Source of the DNA: an uncultured Acidobacteriota bacterium
GTDB lineage: Bacteria; Acidobacteriota; Thermoanaerobaculia; UBA5066; DATFVB01
Assembly: GCA_963794295.1 (NCBI GenBank)
Contig: CAWCDE010000006.1
Location: 18,738 to 82,737, forward strand
DNA length: 64,000 nucleotides
Direction: 5' to 3'
Position numbers and translations under genes: made by a program. Positions 17,060 to 30,693 of this stretch are shown here, in pieces; position 1 is the first letter of the stretch; each line of letters starts with the position of its first letter. The notes below the pieces were generated by a model. That model ran no database searches and was not told the DNA's origin. It saw nothing but the letters and a program-made list of their open reading frames with translations.

Positions 17060-17085
17060 ATGAGCTCTACGAAGGAGGGCGACTT

Positions 17086-17592
17086 TGGGCTTTCGAGTTG
17101 GCGAAAAGATTGTCTATCCGAACCACGGCGTCTCGATCGTCGAGCAGATTCGCGAATCGGAGATCGCCGGACTCCGGAATACGCTAACTTCACCTTCGGC
17201 TGATTTCCAACAACTCCAAGGTGATGGTTCCGATCGAGAACAGCGAGCTCATCGGTTTGCGCCGGCTCACGATCCGCAAGGAAGTGAATTCTCTCCTCCG
17301 GACGCTCGCCAACGGGCGGGTCTCGCCGCTCGCGGACTGGAAAGGGCGATACAAGCAGAATCTCGACAAGATGCGGAGCGGACGGCTCCAGGACATCGCC
17401 GAGGTCCTGAAGGCTCTCAACCACGTCATGCAGAAGAAGGCGTTGTCGTTCCGGGAGAAGAAGATGTACGAGCGCGCGAAGTACCTGATCGTCTCGGAGA
17501 TCGCGGTGATCGACGGGGCGAGCGAGGAGGAGGTCGCGCGCCGGGTGGACCGGGCCCTCGCCCGGTCGATGCAGAAGTCCATCGCGAGCTGA
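17086..17592 (+). CDS. CarD/CdnL-family RNA-polymerase-binding transcription factor, with two closely spaced frameshifts near 17170-17215
   Basis: N-terminal MGFRVGEKIVYPNHGVSIVEQIRESEIAG (CarD_CdnL_TRCF RNAP-interaction domain) in one frame. It continues in ORF 17221..17592 (KVMVPIENSELIGLRRL...) matching the CdnL C-terminal helical domain. Confidence 0.72.
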
Positions 17593-17626
17593 CATCGCCA
17601 GAGCGGAACCGAACCGGACGGGCGGC

Positions 17627-18337
17627 GTGACAGGACGACGAATCTTCTGGCTCGCCGCCATTTTCCTGTCCGGCCCGCTCTTCGGCGCGGCGCGGAGCGA
17701 CGGGCTCCGTTCCCTGCTCGGGATCGAGCGGCGGGCGCTCGCCGGCGAGACGCGGCGGATCGCCGACCTTTCGCGCCGGCTCGAGTCGGCGGTGTCCGAT
17801 CTGTCGACGGCGTCCCGCGCGCTGGCCGACGCGGTCGGGCGGAGCGACGCCGCGCTCGCGGCCGCTTCGGACACCTTCGCGCGCGCTCTCGCGTCGGTCG
17901 ACGCCGCGGCCTTCGACCAGCGACTTTCCCTCGAGCGGATCCGTCTGCTGCGGGAACGCATCGGCGACCTCGAGCGCGAGGTGGCGGCCGGCCTTCCCGG
18001 CCACGAAGATCCGCTGACGGGCGACTGGCGCATCCGGATCGATCCGGGCGCGCAGGAGGGCGATCTCCATCTCTCTCTCGACGGCACGATCGTGTCGGGG
18101 AGCTATTCTCTCGAGGGAGATCTGACCGGCTCGGTCCGGGGGACGTTCGTGGGCGACGTGCTGAAGATCGATCGGATCGACTCGCGGCTCGGTTTCGTCG
18201 CGGTCTACTACGGGCGTCTCATGGCCGACGGGGTCACGATCACCGGCACCTGGGAAGGAACGGAGCTGAACAACGCGGGTCCGACGTCGGGGACCTGGAC
18301 GGCCGCCCGGAAGCCGGAGACGGAGGAATCGCCATGA
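17627..18337 (+). CDS. hypothetical secreted or membrane-anchored protein (236 aa)
   Basis: N-terminal hydrophobic signal (IFWLAAIFLSGPLFGAA). No recognisable domain. Overlaps the next gene by 4 nt (ATGA). Confidence 0.5.
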   Translation: MTGRRIFWLAAIFLSGPLFGAARSDGLRSLLGIERRALAGETRRIADLSRRLESAVSDLSTASRALADAVGRSDAALAAASDTFARALASVDAAAFDQRLSLERIRLLRERIGDLEREVAAGLPGHEDPLTGDWRIRIDPGAQEGDLHLSLDGTIVSGSYSLEGDLTGSVRGTFVGDVLKIDRIDSRLGFVAVYYGRLMADGVTITGTWEGTELNNAGPTSGTWTAARKPETEESP

Positions 18338-18924
18338 CGCGCGACAACTTTCTGTTCACGATCTGCGGACTCCTCGCCGGGTTCATCCTCGGCTATTTCG
18401 TCGCGACGGGCGGAGGGCGCTCCCCGGCGGCCCTTCCGGCCGCGGCGGCGGCCGTTCCCGCGGGAACGGGAACCGACGCGGCGCTGACGCCCACCCCGAC
18501 CGAGCTCGCCGCGCACGTGAACGAAGCGCGGGAGGCCGTCGCGCGCGATCCCGGAAACCCGGACCTCAATCTGCAGCTGGCCAATGCCCTCTACGACGCG
18601 AGCGACTGGAAGGGCGCCGCGGAGGCCTACGAGAAGGTGCTCTCGTCGCGGCCGAACGACGCGAACATGATCACCGACCTCGGGTCGTGCTATCGGAACA
18701 TGGGAAAGTTCGAGAAGGCGCTCGAGATGTACCAGAAGGCGCAGCAGATCGAGCCTTCCCATTCGCAGTCGCTCCTCAACATGACGCTCGTCTACGTCTT
18801 CGACCTGAAGGACCCCGCGAAGGCGCAGGCGGCTTTCGACCGGCTGAAGAAGGAGCATCCGGAGATCCCGCGGCTGAACGATCTGCAGCTGCGGATTTCG
18901 GAGCTCCGCGCCTCGAAGAGCTAG
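18334..18924 (+). CDS. membrane-anchored TPR-repeat protein
   Basis: N-terminal TM helix (LFTICGLLAGFILGYFVA), then TPR-like repeats (ANALYDASDWKGAAEAYEKVL..., GSCYRNMGKFEKALEMYQKAQQIEP). Confidence 0.68.
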   Translation: MTRDNFLFTICGLLAGFILGYFVATGGGRSPAALPAAAAAVPAGTGTDAALTPTPTELAAHVNEAREAVARDPGNPDLNLQLANALYDASDWKGAAEAYEKVLSSRPNDANMITDLGSCYRNMGKFEKALEMYQKAQQIEPSHSQSLLNMTLVYVFDLKDPAKAQAAFDRLKKEHPEIPRLNDLQLRISELRASKS

Positions 18925-18970
18925 GCGGGCGGGGGCGATGCCCCGAGCCGGACGGCGCGTCCGGGATAGC

Positions 18971-19136
18971 GGAAATTCCAAATCTCCCAAGCCTCAAATT
19001 CCAACAAACTCGAATCGCTAAATCGCAATGCCCGAAAGCGGGCCTTCGGATTACCGAGCCGACGCGTACTCGTGTATTGTTTGAGGATTGCGATTTGGAA
19101 GTTATTGATATTTGGAGCTTGAGGTTTGGAAATTCG
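18971..19136. repeat. low-GC palindromic MITE-like intergenic element, copy E1
   Basis: About 165 bp at roughly 45% GC in a 70% GC genome. Terminal inverted repeats: GGAAATTCCAAATCTCCCAAGCCTCAAATTCCAACAAACTCGAATCGC versus the reverse complement of GCGATTTGGAAGTTATTGATATTTGGAGCTTGAGGTTTGGAAATTCGG. Internal GCCCGAAAGCGGGC hairpin. Related copies at 38388-38548, 40166-40450 and 44411-44603. Confidence 0.7.
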
Positions 19137-19216
19137 GCCGGTGCGCCTCACCCGCGCCTGAAGTCTTCCCGGACTATCCGACGGGTGCCGAGCCGTCCCT
19201 CTGCTATCGTTTCTTC

Positions 19217-20558
19217 GTGAGCGACACGCTGTTCGGCGACGAGCCGGCGCCGAAGCCGGCGGCGAATCTTTCCGCGACGGTGCCGCTCGCCGAGCGGATG
19301 CGCCCCGCGGCGCTCGCGGAGATGGGGGCAGGAGCACCTGCTCGGCGGGGAGCTCCTGCCGCGCGCGATCGCGGCGGACCGCGTGCCTTCGATGATCCTC
19401 TGGGGGCCGCCCGGCTCGGGCAAGACCACGCTCGCGCGGGTCATCGCCGAGACGACCCACGCGCGCTTCGTCCCCTTCAACGCGGTGCTCGGCGGCGTGC
19501 CGGAGCTGCGCGAGATCCTCGGCGAGGCCAAGGAGGCGCGCGGCTACGAGGGCAAGCGGACCATCCTGTTCGTCGACGAGATCCACCGCTTCAACAAGGC
19601 GCAGCAGGACGCGTTCCTGCCGCACGTCGAGGACGGCACCATCACGCTGATCGGCGCGACGACCGAGAACCCGTCGTTCGCCGTGAACGCGCCGCTCCTC
19701 TCGCGCTGCAAGGTCTTCCGCCTGCGCCAGCACGAGGCCAAGGACCTCGCCGGAGTCCTGCGCCGCGCGATCGCCTCGCCCGAAGGCTTGAGCGGCGCGT
19801 TCGACGCCGACGACGACGCGCTCGAGGCGATCGCCGCGCTCGCGCAGGGCGACGCGCGCCGCGCGCTTGACCAGCCTCGAGATCGCCGGCGACGAGGTGC
19901 TGCGCGAGGGCGAGCGTCGCGTCACCGCCGCCGACGTCGGCGCGACCGGCGAGAACAAGACCCTGCTCTACGACAAGGCCGGCGAGGAGCACTACAACGT
20001 CATCAGCGCCTTCATCAAATCGATGCGCGGCTCCGACCCCGACGCCTCGATCTACTGGCTGATGCGGATGATCGAGGCGGGCGACGACCCGCTCTTCCTC
20101 CTGCGCCGGATGATGATCTTCGCGAGCGAGGACATCGGCAACGCCGACCCGCGCGCGCTCGAGGTCGCCGTCGCCGCCGACGCGGCGTTTCGCCGGATGG
20201 GCATGCCCGAGGGCATGTACCCGCTCGCGCAGGCGTGTCTGTACCTGGCGACCGCGCCGAAGTCGAACGCGTGCAACCAGGCTTGGCACGCGCGCAGGCG
20301 GCGGTGCAGGAGCACGGCGCGCTGCCGGTGCCGATGAAGCTCCGCAACGCGGTGACGAAGCTGATGAAGGGCGAGGGCTACGGCGAGGGGTACCGCTACG
20401 CGCACGACGAGGAGGGCGTGGGGGAGGACGTACCTCCCAGGAGTTGGTGGGGGAGCGGTACTATGAGCCGACGGAGCGCGGGAGAGGAAGGGGAGCTTTC
20501 CCGGCGGCTGGCGGCGATCCTCGAGGCGCGGTGCCGGGCGGCGCATCGGAACACGTAG
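19217..20558 (+). CDS. rarA: replication-associated recombination protein A (RarA/MgsA AAA+ ATPase), broken by at least 5 frameshifts
   Basis: Pieces sit in three frames: [10 protein letters not shown]...ERMRPAAL (19217 on), [15 protein letters not shown]...[41 protein letters not shown] (19383 on), and SLEIAG...[30 protein letters not shown]...APKSNA (19867..20337), plus a C-terminal [18 protein letters not shown]. The first frameshift is at a G5 run near 19330. Confidence 0.85.
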
Positions 20559-20609
20559 GGGAAGGTCCGCCGCCGATCTTCCACCGGCGCCCGGTGGAGC
20601 GGAGGGGAG

Positions 20610-21383
20610 TTACTCCGCGGCGATCCGGATGCTTTCCCCCTTTCGGTGGACTTCCGCGAGCGCCGCCTGTGCCTGCGTCAGGATCCGCTCGGGCGGGAGC
20701 GTCGGGATCCCGTAATACCCGCCGATGCGCGGCTTGCAGAAGAAGCGCCTCCGGGCGTCGAGGACGGGCCGCTCGCCGATCCGTTCGCAGAGCCGCTGCG
20801 GCACGTCGTCCATCCGGAACCCCGCGTTCGGCAGGAGGATCGCGAGTTCGAGCCCTCCCCACCGGGCGACGATCGCATCCGGTGGCGCGGCGCGTCGGAC
20901 GGCCGCGGCGACGTGAAGGAGGATCGCTTTCGTCAGCCCGCTCCCGTGCTCGGCCTCGGTTTCGGGGACGCCGTCGACGGAAGCGAGGAGAACCGCGAGC
21001 GGGGTCCGCGTCTCGCGCGCCCTCTCGATCGCGCGGGAGAGCTCCTGCCGGAAGGCGGACGGCGTCAGGAACCCGGTGAGGTCGTCGTGCCGGGACTTGT
21101 CCCTGTACCAGTCCCGCCGGCGGCGCAGCGCGTCGATCGTTCCGCCGATGCTCCCGCCGAAGAGCGCGAGGAGCATCGTCGTTGCCGCGAGCGCGAACAC
21201 GTAGAAGTAGGCGTGTTCCCGGAGCTCGGTCCGCCAGGGGACCTTCTCGACGACGACGCGAAGAAGGTACGCCGCGGTCGGAACGATCCAACCGAGCTCG
21301 GCCCCCCGGAGCGCGAAGCGGGTCCGCGCGGATCCGGCGCGGACGGGCGCCTCGCCGTCCAGGGTGTCGTCTCTCTGGAGCAT
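20610..21383 (-). CDS. membrane-anchored GGDEF-domain protein with a degenerate active site (GGLEL instead of GG[DE]EF), likely non-catalytic
   Basis: TM segments (HAYFYVFALAATTMLLALFGG), then a GGDEF fold (RHDDLTGFLTPSAF...LAVLLASVDG...ARWGGLELAILLP). ORF track 20610..21455; likely start MLQRDD at 21383. Confidence 0.72.
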   Translation of the reverse strand: MLQRDDTLDGEAPVRAGSARTRFALRGAELGWIVPTAAYLLRVVVEKVPWRTELREHAYFYVFALAATTMLLALFGGSIGGTIDALRRRRDWYRDKSRHDDLTGFLTPSAFRQELSRAIERARETRTPLAVLLASVDGVPETEAEHGSGLTKAILLHVAAAVRRAAPPDAIVARWGGLELAILLPNAGFRMDDVPQRLCERIGERPVLDARRRFFCKPRIGGYYGIPTLPPERILTQAQAALAEVHRKGESIRIAAE

Positions 21384-21499
21384 GTCCCGATTCTGGGCGG
21401 TCCGCCCCCGCGGCGAAAGATGAATTCGGACTATGGCCGGGGACGCAACGGCCATAAGCCTCCTGGTACCAACGAATGGGTTGGTCTTCCGGCCGGAGT

Positions 21500-21620
21500 C
21501 GCGAAGGCGCGGTGAGGCGCGAGCCTGGCGGGATGCGGGCGTCCGAGCCCGCGGCGTACCGGGGCGTACGTTAAGGCCGCGGGTCGGAGCGCACGCCCCC
21601 CCCGGCTCGACGCATCGCCG
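21500..21620. repeat. GC-rich hairpin repeat, copy R2, core GGCGTACCGGGGCGTACGTTAAGG
   Basis: Core at 21553-21576, immediately 3' of guaB. The core is embedded in the CCCGCGG...CCGCGGG stem. The flanks CCCGCATCCC and GGCTCGC are shared with R3 and R5. Confidence 0.65.
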
Positions 21621-21629
21621 CGCCTCTAA

Positions 21630-25974
<4,345 letters not shown>

Positions 25975-26029
25975 CTGATTCTGTGTAAACCGTTAGCTTA
26001 TCAAATAGATTTCACGGCTCAGAGCGGCG

Positions 26030-26345
26030 CGTCCATGCATCGAGCGATGCGGGCGCGTGCCGCCCGCCCGCGGCCTTAACGTACGCCCCGGTACGCCGCG
26101 GCCGCGGGACGGGCGGCCCGCATCCCACCTGGCTCGCGCCTGAACGCGCCTTGACGGTGTCTCGAGTGCCGCGATTTGGCGGGATGCAATCCCGAGGTTG
26201 GGAAATTGACGTTGAAGCGCGGTCAGACGTGCGGCAAGACGGGTTCGGCGGGACCGGCCGGCGGGCGCGGCGTACCGAAAGCGTACGTTAAGCCCGCCGG
26301 CGGCCCCGACGGGCCCGTATAACCGCGCGTATCACCGCGCTTCTC
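26030..26345. repeat. inverted pair of GC-rich hairpin repeats, copies R3 (26030-26145) and R4 (26250-26345)
   Basis: R3 core CTTAACGTACGCCCCGGTACGCC (26075-26098) sits inside the long stem CCGCCCGCCCGCGGCC / GGCCGCGGGACGGGCGG. R4 core GGCGTACCGAAAGCGTACGTTAAG (26269-26292) is in the opposite orientation. They lie between the M23 peptidase 3' end and the secA 5' end. Confidence 0.7.
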
Positions 26346-26346
26346 G

Positions 26347-27204
26347 TTACCTTGCGTCCAGAATATACGGGAGCGGATTCACCGCCCGGTTGTCCAGCCT
26401 GACCTCGTAGTGCAGATGCGGCCCGGTCGATCGACCCGTCGTTCCCACGACGCCGATCGCCTGCCCCCGGGACACGTGCTGACCCTCGAAGACCTGGATC
26501 TCGTCCAGGTGGCCGTAGAGCGTCCTCAGCCCGAGACCGTGGGCGATCTCGACGCACCGGCCGTAGCCGTTCACCCATCCGGCCTTCACGACGGTCCCGT
26601 CGGCGGAGGACACGATCGAATGGCCGCGCGGGCTCGAGATGTCGATTCCCGTGTGGAACGCGGGCTCCTCCGTGAAGGGGTCGCTCCGCTCTCCGAAGCC
26701 GCACGTGATGAGACCCGGAACGGGCTCGATCGAAGGCGTGTTCGACAGAAGGGCGTTCTGCTGCGCCAGCTTCTTTTCGAGGCCGAGCAGCCGTTCGTCG
26801 AGCGATCGGCCGCGCCCCTGGAGGTCGAAGGAACCGTTCGCGCCCTCCGGGAGCGCGCCGCCGGTGCCCCCCCGGCCGGCGTCGGCGAGAGCCGGGAGGC
26901 CGGCGACGATCGCGAGCTTCCGGGTGCGCTCCTCGAAATCGTCGAGCTTGCGGGAGAGAACCGTGAGCCGCGTCGTCATCTTCTCGGCCGAGACCTTCAG
27001 CCGTTCGTTCTCGAGGAGGGTGGCGCGGTAGGCCCGGTCCTTCCGGACCGAGACGAAATAGAGGGTGGTGAACGTCGCCGCGATCACCAGCAGGGCGGCG
27101 AGAGCGCCGCCGGCGGTCCAGAGGAGAGAGGAAGCGACCCGCAGCTTCCGGAACTTGGCCCGCGCGTGGGGCACGAAGATGATCGTGTTGTACTTCCGTC
27201 CCAT
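26347..27204 (-). CDS. M23-family murein endopeptidase with N-terminal TM and coiled-coil (EnvC-like)
   Basis: 285 aa. Coiled-coil region, then LytM/M23 motifs HTGIDI...GYG..VEIAHG...LYGHL...H.HYEV. Confidence 0.85.
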   Translation of the reverse strand: MGRKYNTIIFVPHARAKFRKLRVASSLLWTAGGALAALLVIAATFTTLYFVSVRKDRAYRATLLENERLKVSAEKMTTRLTVLSRKLDDFEERTRKLAIVAGLPALADAGRGGTGGALPEGANGSFDLQGRGRSLDERLLGLEKKLAQQNALLSNTPSIEPVPGLITCGFGERSDPFTEEPAFHTGIDISSPRGHSIVSSADGTVVKAGWVNGYGRCVEIAHGLGLRTLYGHLDEIQVFEGQHVSRGQAIGVVGTTGRSTGPHLHYEVRLDNRAVNPLPYILDAR

Positions 27205-27357
27205 CGTGGCTTTGCGACCTCCGGGAATCCGGGGTTTCCGGGAAAGTTCCGGCAGTATATCGCCCGAGTCGAACGAGTCAACCGGAAATCGCCTCCCGCA
27301 AATGCAGCCGGATCAGCGGGTTGCGAGATTCACTCCCGGCCGGCCACGGCTTACTGG

Positions 27358-28896
27358 TCAACCGGTCAGGCCGTCGACGACGCCTCGATCGAGCCCCCGA
27401 TAGCCGATCGCCTCGGCGGCATGCGGCGCCTCGACGCGGTCGGCCCCCGCGAGGTCCGCGATCGTGAGCCCGACCCGGAGCGCGCGGTGGATCGCCCGGG
27501 CCGAGAGGCCGATCTTCCTCGAGGCGAACTCGAGGATCGCGAGCGCCTCGTCCGTGGGCCGGGCGATCCTGCGGACGAGCGACCCGGGGATCGCGGCGTT
27601 GCACGAGATCGGGGCGCGGCGCGTCGAGCGGGCGCGCGCCCGCGCCCGGGCGCGGACGACGCGCGCGCGAATGGCCGACGAGGGCTCGGAAGAGCCGGCG
27701 GCCGCGAGATCGCGAAACGGGACGGCGGGGACGCGCACGTGCAGATCGATCCGGTCGAGGAGCGGTCCGGAAAGCTTCGAGCGATATCGCTCGATCTCGA
27801 AGCGCGAGCAGCGGCAGGCGCGGCGCGGATCTCCGAGGAACCCGCACGGGCACGGGTTCATCGCCGCGATCAGCTGGAAGTCCGCGGGGAAGACGCTCGC
27901 TCCCGAGGCGCGCGCGATCGTGACCCGCTTCTCCTCGAGCGGCTGCCGGACGACCTCCAGCGCGTCGCGCCGGAATTCCGGGAGCTCGTCGAGGAAGAGG
28001 ACGCCCCGGTGCGCGAGCGAGGCCTCGCCGGGACGAGGGTGCGCCCCGCCTCCGACGAGACCGGCGTAGGAGACGCTGTGGTGAGGCGCCCGGAACGGCC
28101 GCTCCGGCAGGAGGCCGCGGCCCGGCGGGAGGAGCCCGGCGATCGAATGGACGCGGGTCGCCTCGAGCGCCTCGTCGCGGCTCCAGGGAGGGAGGATCGA
28201 GGTGAGACGCCGCGCGAGCATCGTCTTTCCGGCGCCGGGCGGCCCGAAAAGGAGGATGTTGTGGCCGCCGGCGGCGGCGATCTCGAGCGCCCGCCGGGCG
28301 ACGGGCTGTCCGGCGATCTCGGAGAGGTCCTCGGCGAATCGGGACGGGGCGAAGTCGTTCGGGTCCGCGGGCGCCGGGGCGATCGCCTGGTCGCCGCGCA
28401 GATGCGCGATCGCGGCGGGGAGCGACGGCGCTCCGATCGACGCGATGCGGCCGACGGCGGCGGCCTCGCGCGCGTTCTCCTGCGGCAGGACGACCTCTTC
28501 GAACCCCCCGTCGGCGGCGGCCGCGGCGATCGCGAGCGCTCCCCGCACGGGCCGCAGGGCCCCGTCGAGGGCGAGCTCGCCGACGAGGACGCGCCGGGTC
28601 CCCCCGGAGGGGAGGATCCCCGCGGTCGAGAGGAGGGCGGCCGCGACGGCGAGGTCGAGCGCCGAGCCCTCCTTGCGCCAGTCGGCGGGGGCGAGGTTGA
28701 CGGTCACGGCGCGCGGCGGAAAGTCGAAGCCGCAGTTTCGAAGCGCCGCGCGGACGCGGTCGCGGCTTTCCTTGACGGCGGCGTCCGGCAGCCCGACGAT
28801 CGAGAACGACGGCAGGCCGTGGGAGACGTCCGCTTCGACGTCGAGGATCCGCGCCTCGGCGCCGTCGATCGCGGCGGAATGGATTCGGGAAAGCAT
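27358..28896 (-). CDS. comM: YifB/ComM-family Mg-chelatase-like AAA+ ATPase
   Basis: 512 aa, uninterrupted. N-terminal Lon-like (ChlI) domain, Walker A GPPGAGKT, ...VLFLDELPEF..., and the C-terminal Mg_chelatase_C motif. Confidence 0.9.
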   Translation of the reverse strand: MLSRIHSAAIDGAEARILDVEADVSHGLPSFSIVGLPDAAVKESRDRVRAALRNCGFDFPPRAVTVNLAPADWRKEGSALDLAVAAALLSTAGILPSGGTRRVLVGELALDGALRPVRGALAIAAAAADGGFEEVVLPQENAREAAAVGRIASIGAPSLPAAIAHLRGDQAIAPAPADPNDFAPSRFAEDLSEIAGQPVARRALEIAAAGGHNILLFGPPGAGKTMLARRLTSILPPWSRDEALEATRVHSIAGLLPPGRGLLPERPFRAPHHSVSYAGLVGGGAHPRPGEASLAHRGVLFLDELPEFRRDALEVVRQPLEEKRVTIARASGASVFPADFQLIAAMNPCPCGFLGDPRRACRCSRFEIERYRSKLSGPLLDRIDLHVRVPAVPFRDLAAAGSSEPSSAIRARVVRARARARARSTRRAPISCNAAIPGSLVRRIARPTDEALAILEFASRKIGLSARAIHRALRVGLTIADLAGADRVEAPHAAEAIGYRGLDRGVVDGLTG

Positions 28897-28998
28897 GGTC
28901 GGCTCCTCCGGGAGGCGGAGGAAGAGCCGCGCGTTCGCGATGAGGACGGTTGAAGGATAGCGCGCCGAGGCGCGCGTTTCAATCGGGAAGGATGAGCT

Positions 28999-30627
28999 TC
29001 AGCGGCTCTCGGCGACCGCGAGCCGTTCGCCGGGCCGGATCGCCGTCCCCTCGAGCCCGTTCCACTCGCGCAGCTTGTCCACGGTCGTGTGATGGCGGGT
29101 CGCGATCGAGAAGAGCGTGTCGCCGCGGCGGACGCGGTAGCGGGTGCGCGCGACGCCGGAGGACTCTCGATTCGACGCCCTCCGGCTCTTCCCCTTCCGG
29201 GCGGTCCAGGCGTCCGGCTCCCGGTCGGGGATCACGAGCATCCGCCGCGGGACGAGCCGGGCCCCGCGAGGCAGGTCGTTGGCCTCCGCGAGCGACGCTT
29301 CGGAGACGCCGTACCGCCGCGCGACGCGCGCGAGCGTCTCCCCCTTGCGGACGCGATGGCGGCGGAGCGCCGGAACCGAGGCGGCGGGAAGCTTTTCGGC
29401 CGTCTCGTTGACCGCCTCCGCGAGGCCGGCCGGGACGCGCAGCAGGTAGCCCGAGCTCTCGCGCGGCGTCACGAAAGTGCGGAGCTCGGGATTCAGCTCG
29501 GCGAGATCGTCGTAGGAAACTCCGCAGGCTCGCGCGACCCGCCGCAGGTCGACCGGTTTTTCGAGCCGCGCGGTCTCGAACTCGATCGGAGGCTCGGGGT
29601 CGATCTCGAAACCGTAGTGCTCCTGGTTCTTGCCGATGAGCGCCGCGGCGATGACCGACGGGACGTACAGCCGCGTCTCGCGGGGGAGCGCGCCGAGACG
29701 GCAGAGCTCCCAGTAATTGTCGGTCCCGGTGCGCGCGATCGCGCGGGCGACCCGTCCCTCGCCGCAGTCGTACGCGGCCATCGCGAGATACCAGTCGCCG
29801 AAGAGGTCGTAGAGGTCGCGGAAGTAGCCGGCGGCCGCCTCGGTCGCCTTCATCGGGTCGGACCGCTCGTCGACGAGCCGCGTGGTCCGCAGGCCGTACC
29901 GGCGCCCGGTCGGCGCGATGAACTGCCAGACCCCCTGTGCCCGGGCGCGCGACCGCGCGCCGGTCTTGAACGACGATTCGATCATCGCGACGTAGGCGAG
30001 GTCGGTCGGCAGCCCGGCCTTCCGGAAGGTCTCCCGGATCATCGGCATGTAGCGGCCCGCCCGGACGAGTCCCTCCGAGAAGCGCTCGCGCACCGTCTCG
30101 CGGGACGAGAAGCTCGCGATCATGGCGAGCACGGAGTCGTTCACGGTGATCGGGATGTCGAAGGTGCCGGCGCGGCGATCGGAGTCCACCGCCTCGCGCG
30201 CGCGCTGGAGGTCGGCTTCGGAGGTCTGCCCGGAGACGCCCTGCAGTTCGTCCGGGAGCCCGCGCGGCTCCGCGGCATCGGCGTCCGCGGCCGAGGGCGC
30301 CATGGCCTCGTATCTCTGGATCGAGTCGTAGAGAGACGCGGAGAACTCCTCGATCTCCGGAGAGGCCGGGCGGATCGCGCCCGGCGGGATCACCGCGTTG
30401 AGGGCGAGCTGGAACTGGGCCTCCGCGCAGTCGAAGTCGCCGGAGAGGGCGGCCTGCTTTCCCGAATAGAAGAGCTCGGTCGACCGGTCGATCGGCGAGG
30501 GAGCGGCGGCCGCGGAGGGCGGGGACGCCGGCGCGGCGACGGTGCTCGGCCGCGGAGCCTGGGAGCAGGAGAGCGCGAACAGGGCGAGAGCGGAAGCCGG
30601 GAGAAGACGCCTTCCGGAGGGGAGCAT
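28999..30627 (-). CDS. membrane-bound lytic murein transglycosylase (MltD-like: SLT domain plus two LysM domains)
   Basis: Lipoprotein-like signal (LFALSCSQ). SLT catalytic region (AYVAMIESSFKTGARSRARAQGVWQFIAPTGRRYGL...YLAMAAYDCGEGRV). Two C-terminal LysM repeats (HRVRKGETLARVARRYGVSEASLAEANDL; YRVRRGDTLFSIATRHHTTVDKLREWNGL). Confidence 0.85.
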   Translation of the reverse strand: MLPSGRRLLPASALALFALSCSQAPRPSTVAAPASPPSAAAAPSPIDRSTELFYSGKQAALSGDFDCAEAQFQLALNAVIPPGAIRPASPEIEEFSASLYDSIQRYEAMAPSAADADAAEPRGLPDELQGVSGQTSEADLQRAREAVDSDRRAGTFDIPITVNDSVLAMIASFSSRETVRERFSEGLVRAGRYMPMIRETFRKAGLPTDLAYVAMIESSFKTGARSRARAQGVWQFIAPTGRRYGLRTTRLVDERSDPMKATEAAAGYFRDLYDLFGDWYLAMAAYDCGEGRVARAIARTGTDNYWELCRLGALPRETRLYVPSVIAAALIGKNQEHYGFEIDPEPPIEFETARLEKPVDLRRVARACGVSYDDLAELNPELRTFVTPRESSGYLLRVPAGLAEAVNETAEKLPAASVPALRRHRVRKGETLARVARRYGVSEASLAEANDLPRGARLVPRRMLVIPDREPDAWTARKGKSRRASNRESSGVARTRYRVRRGDTLFSIATRHHTTVDKLREWNGLEGTAIRPGERLAVAESR

Positions 30628-30693
30628 TTCAAGTTTGTAGCAGACGGGCGGGCGCGCGTCAACAGGCATCGGGTCTCCGCGGCCCGTTCGGGC

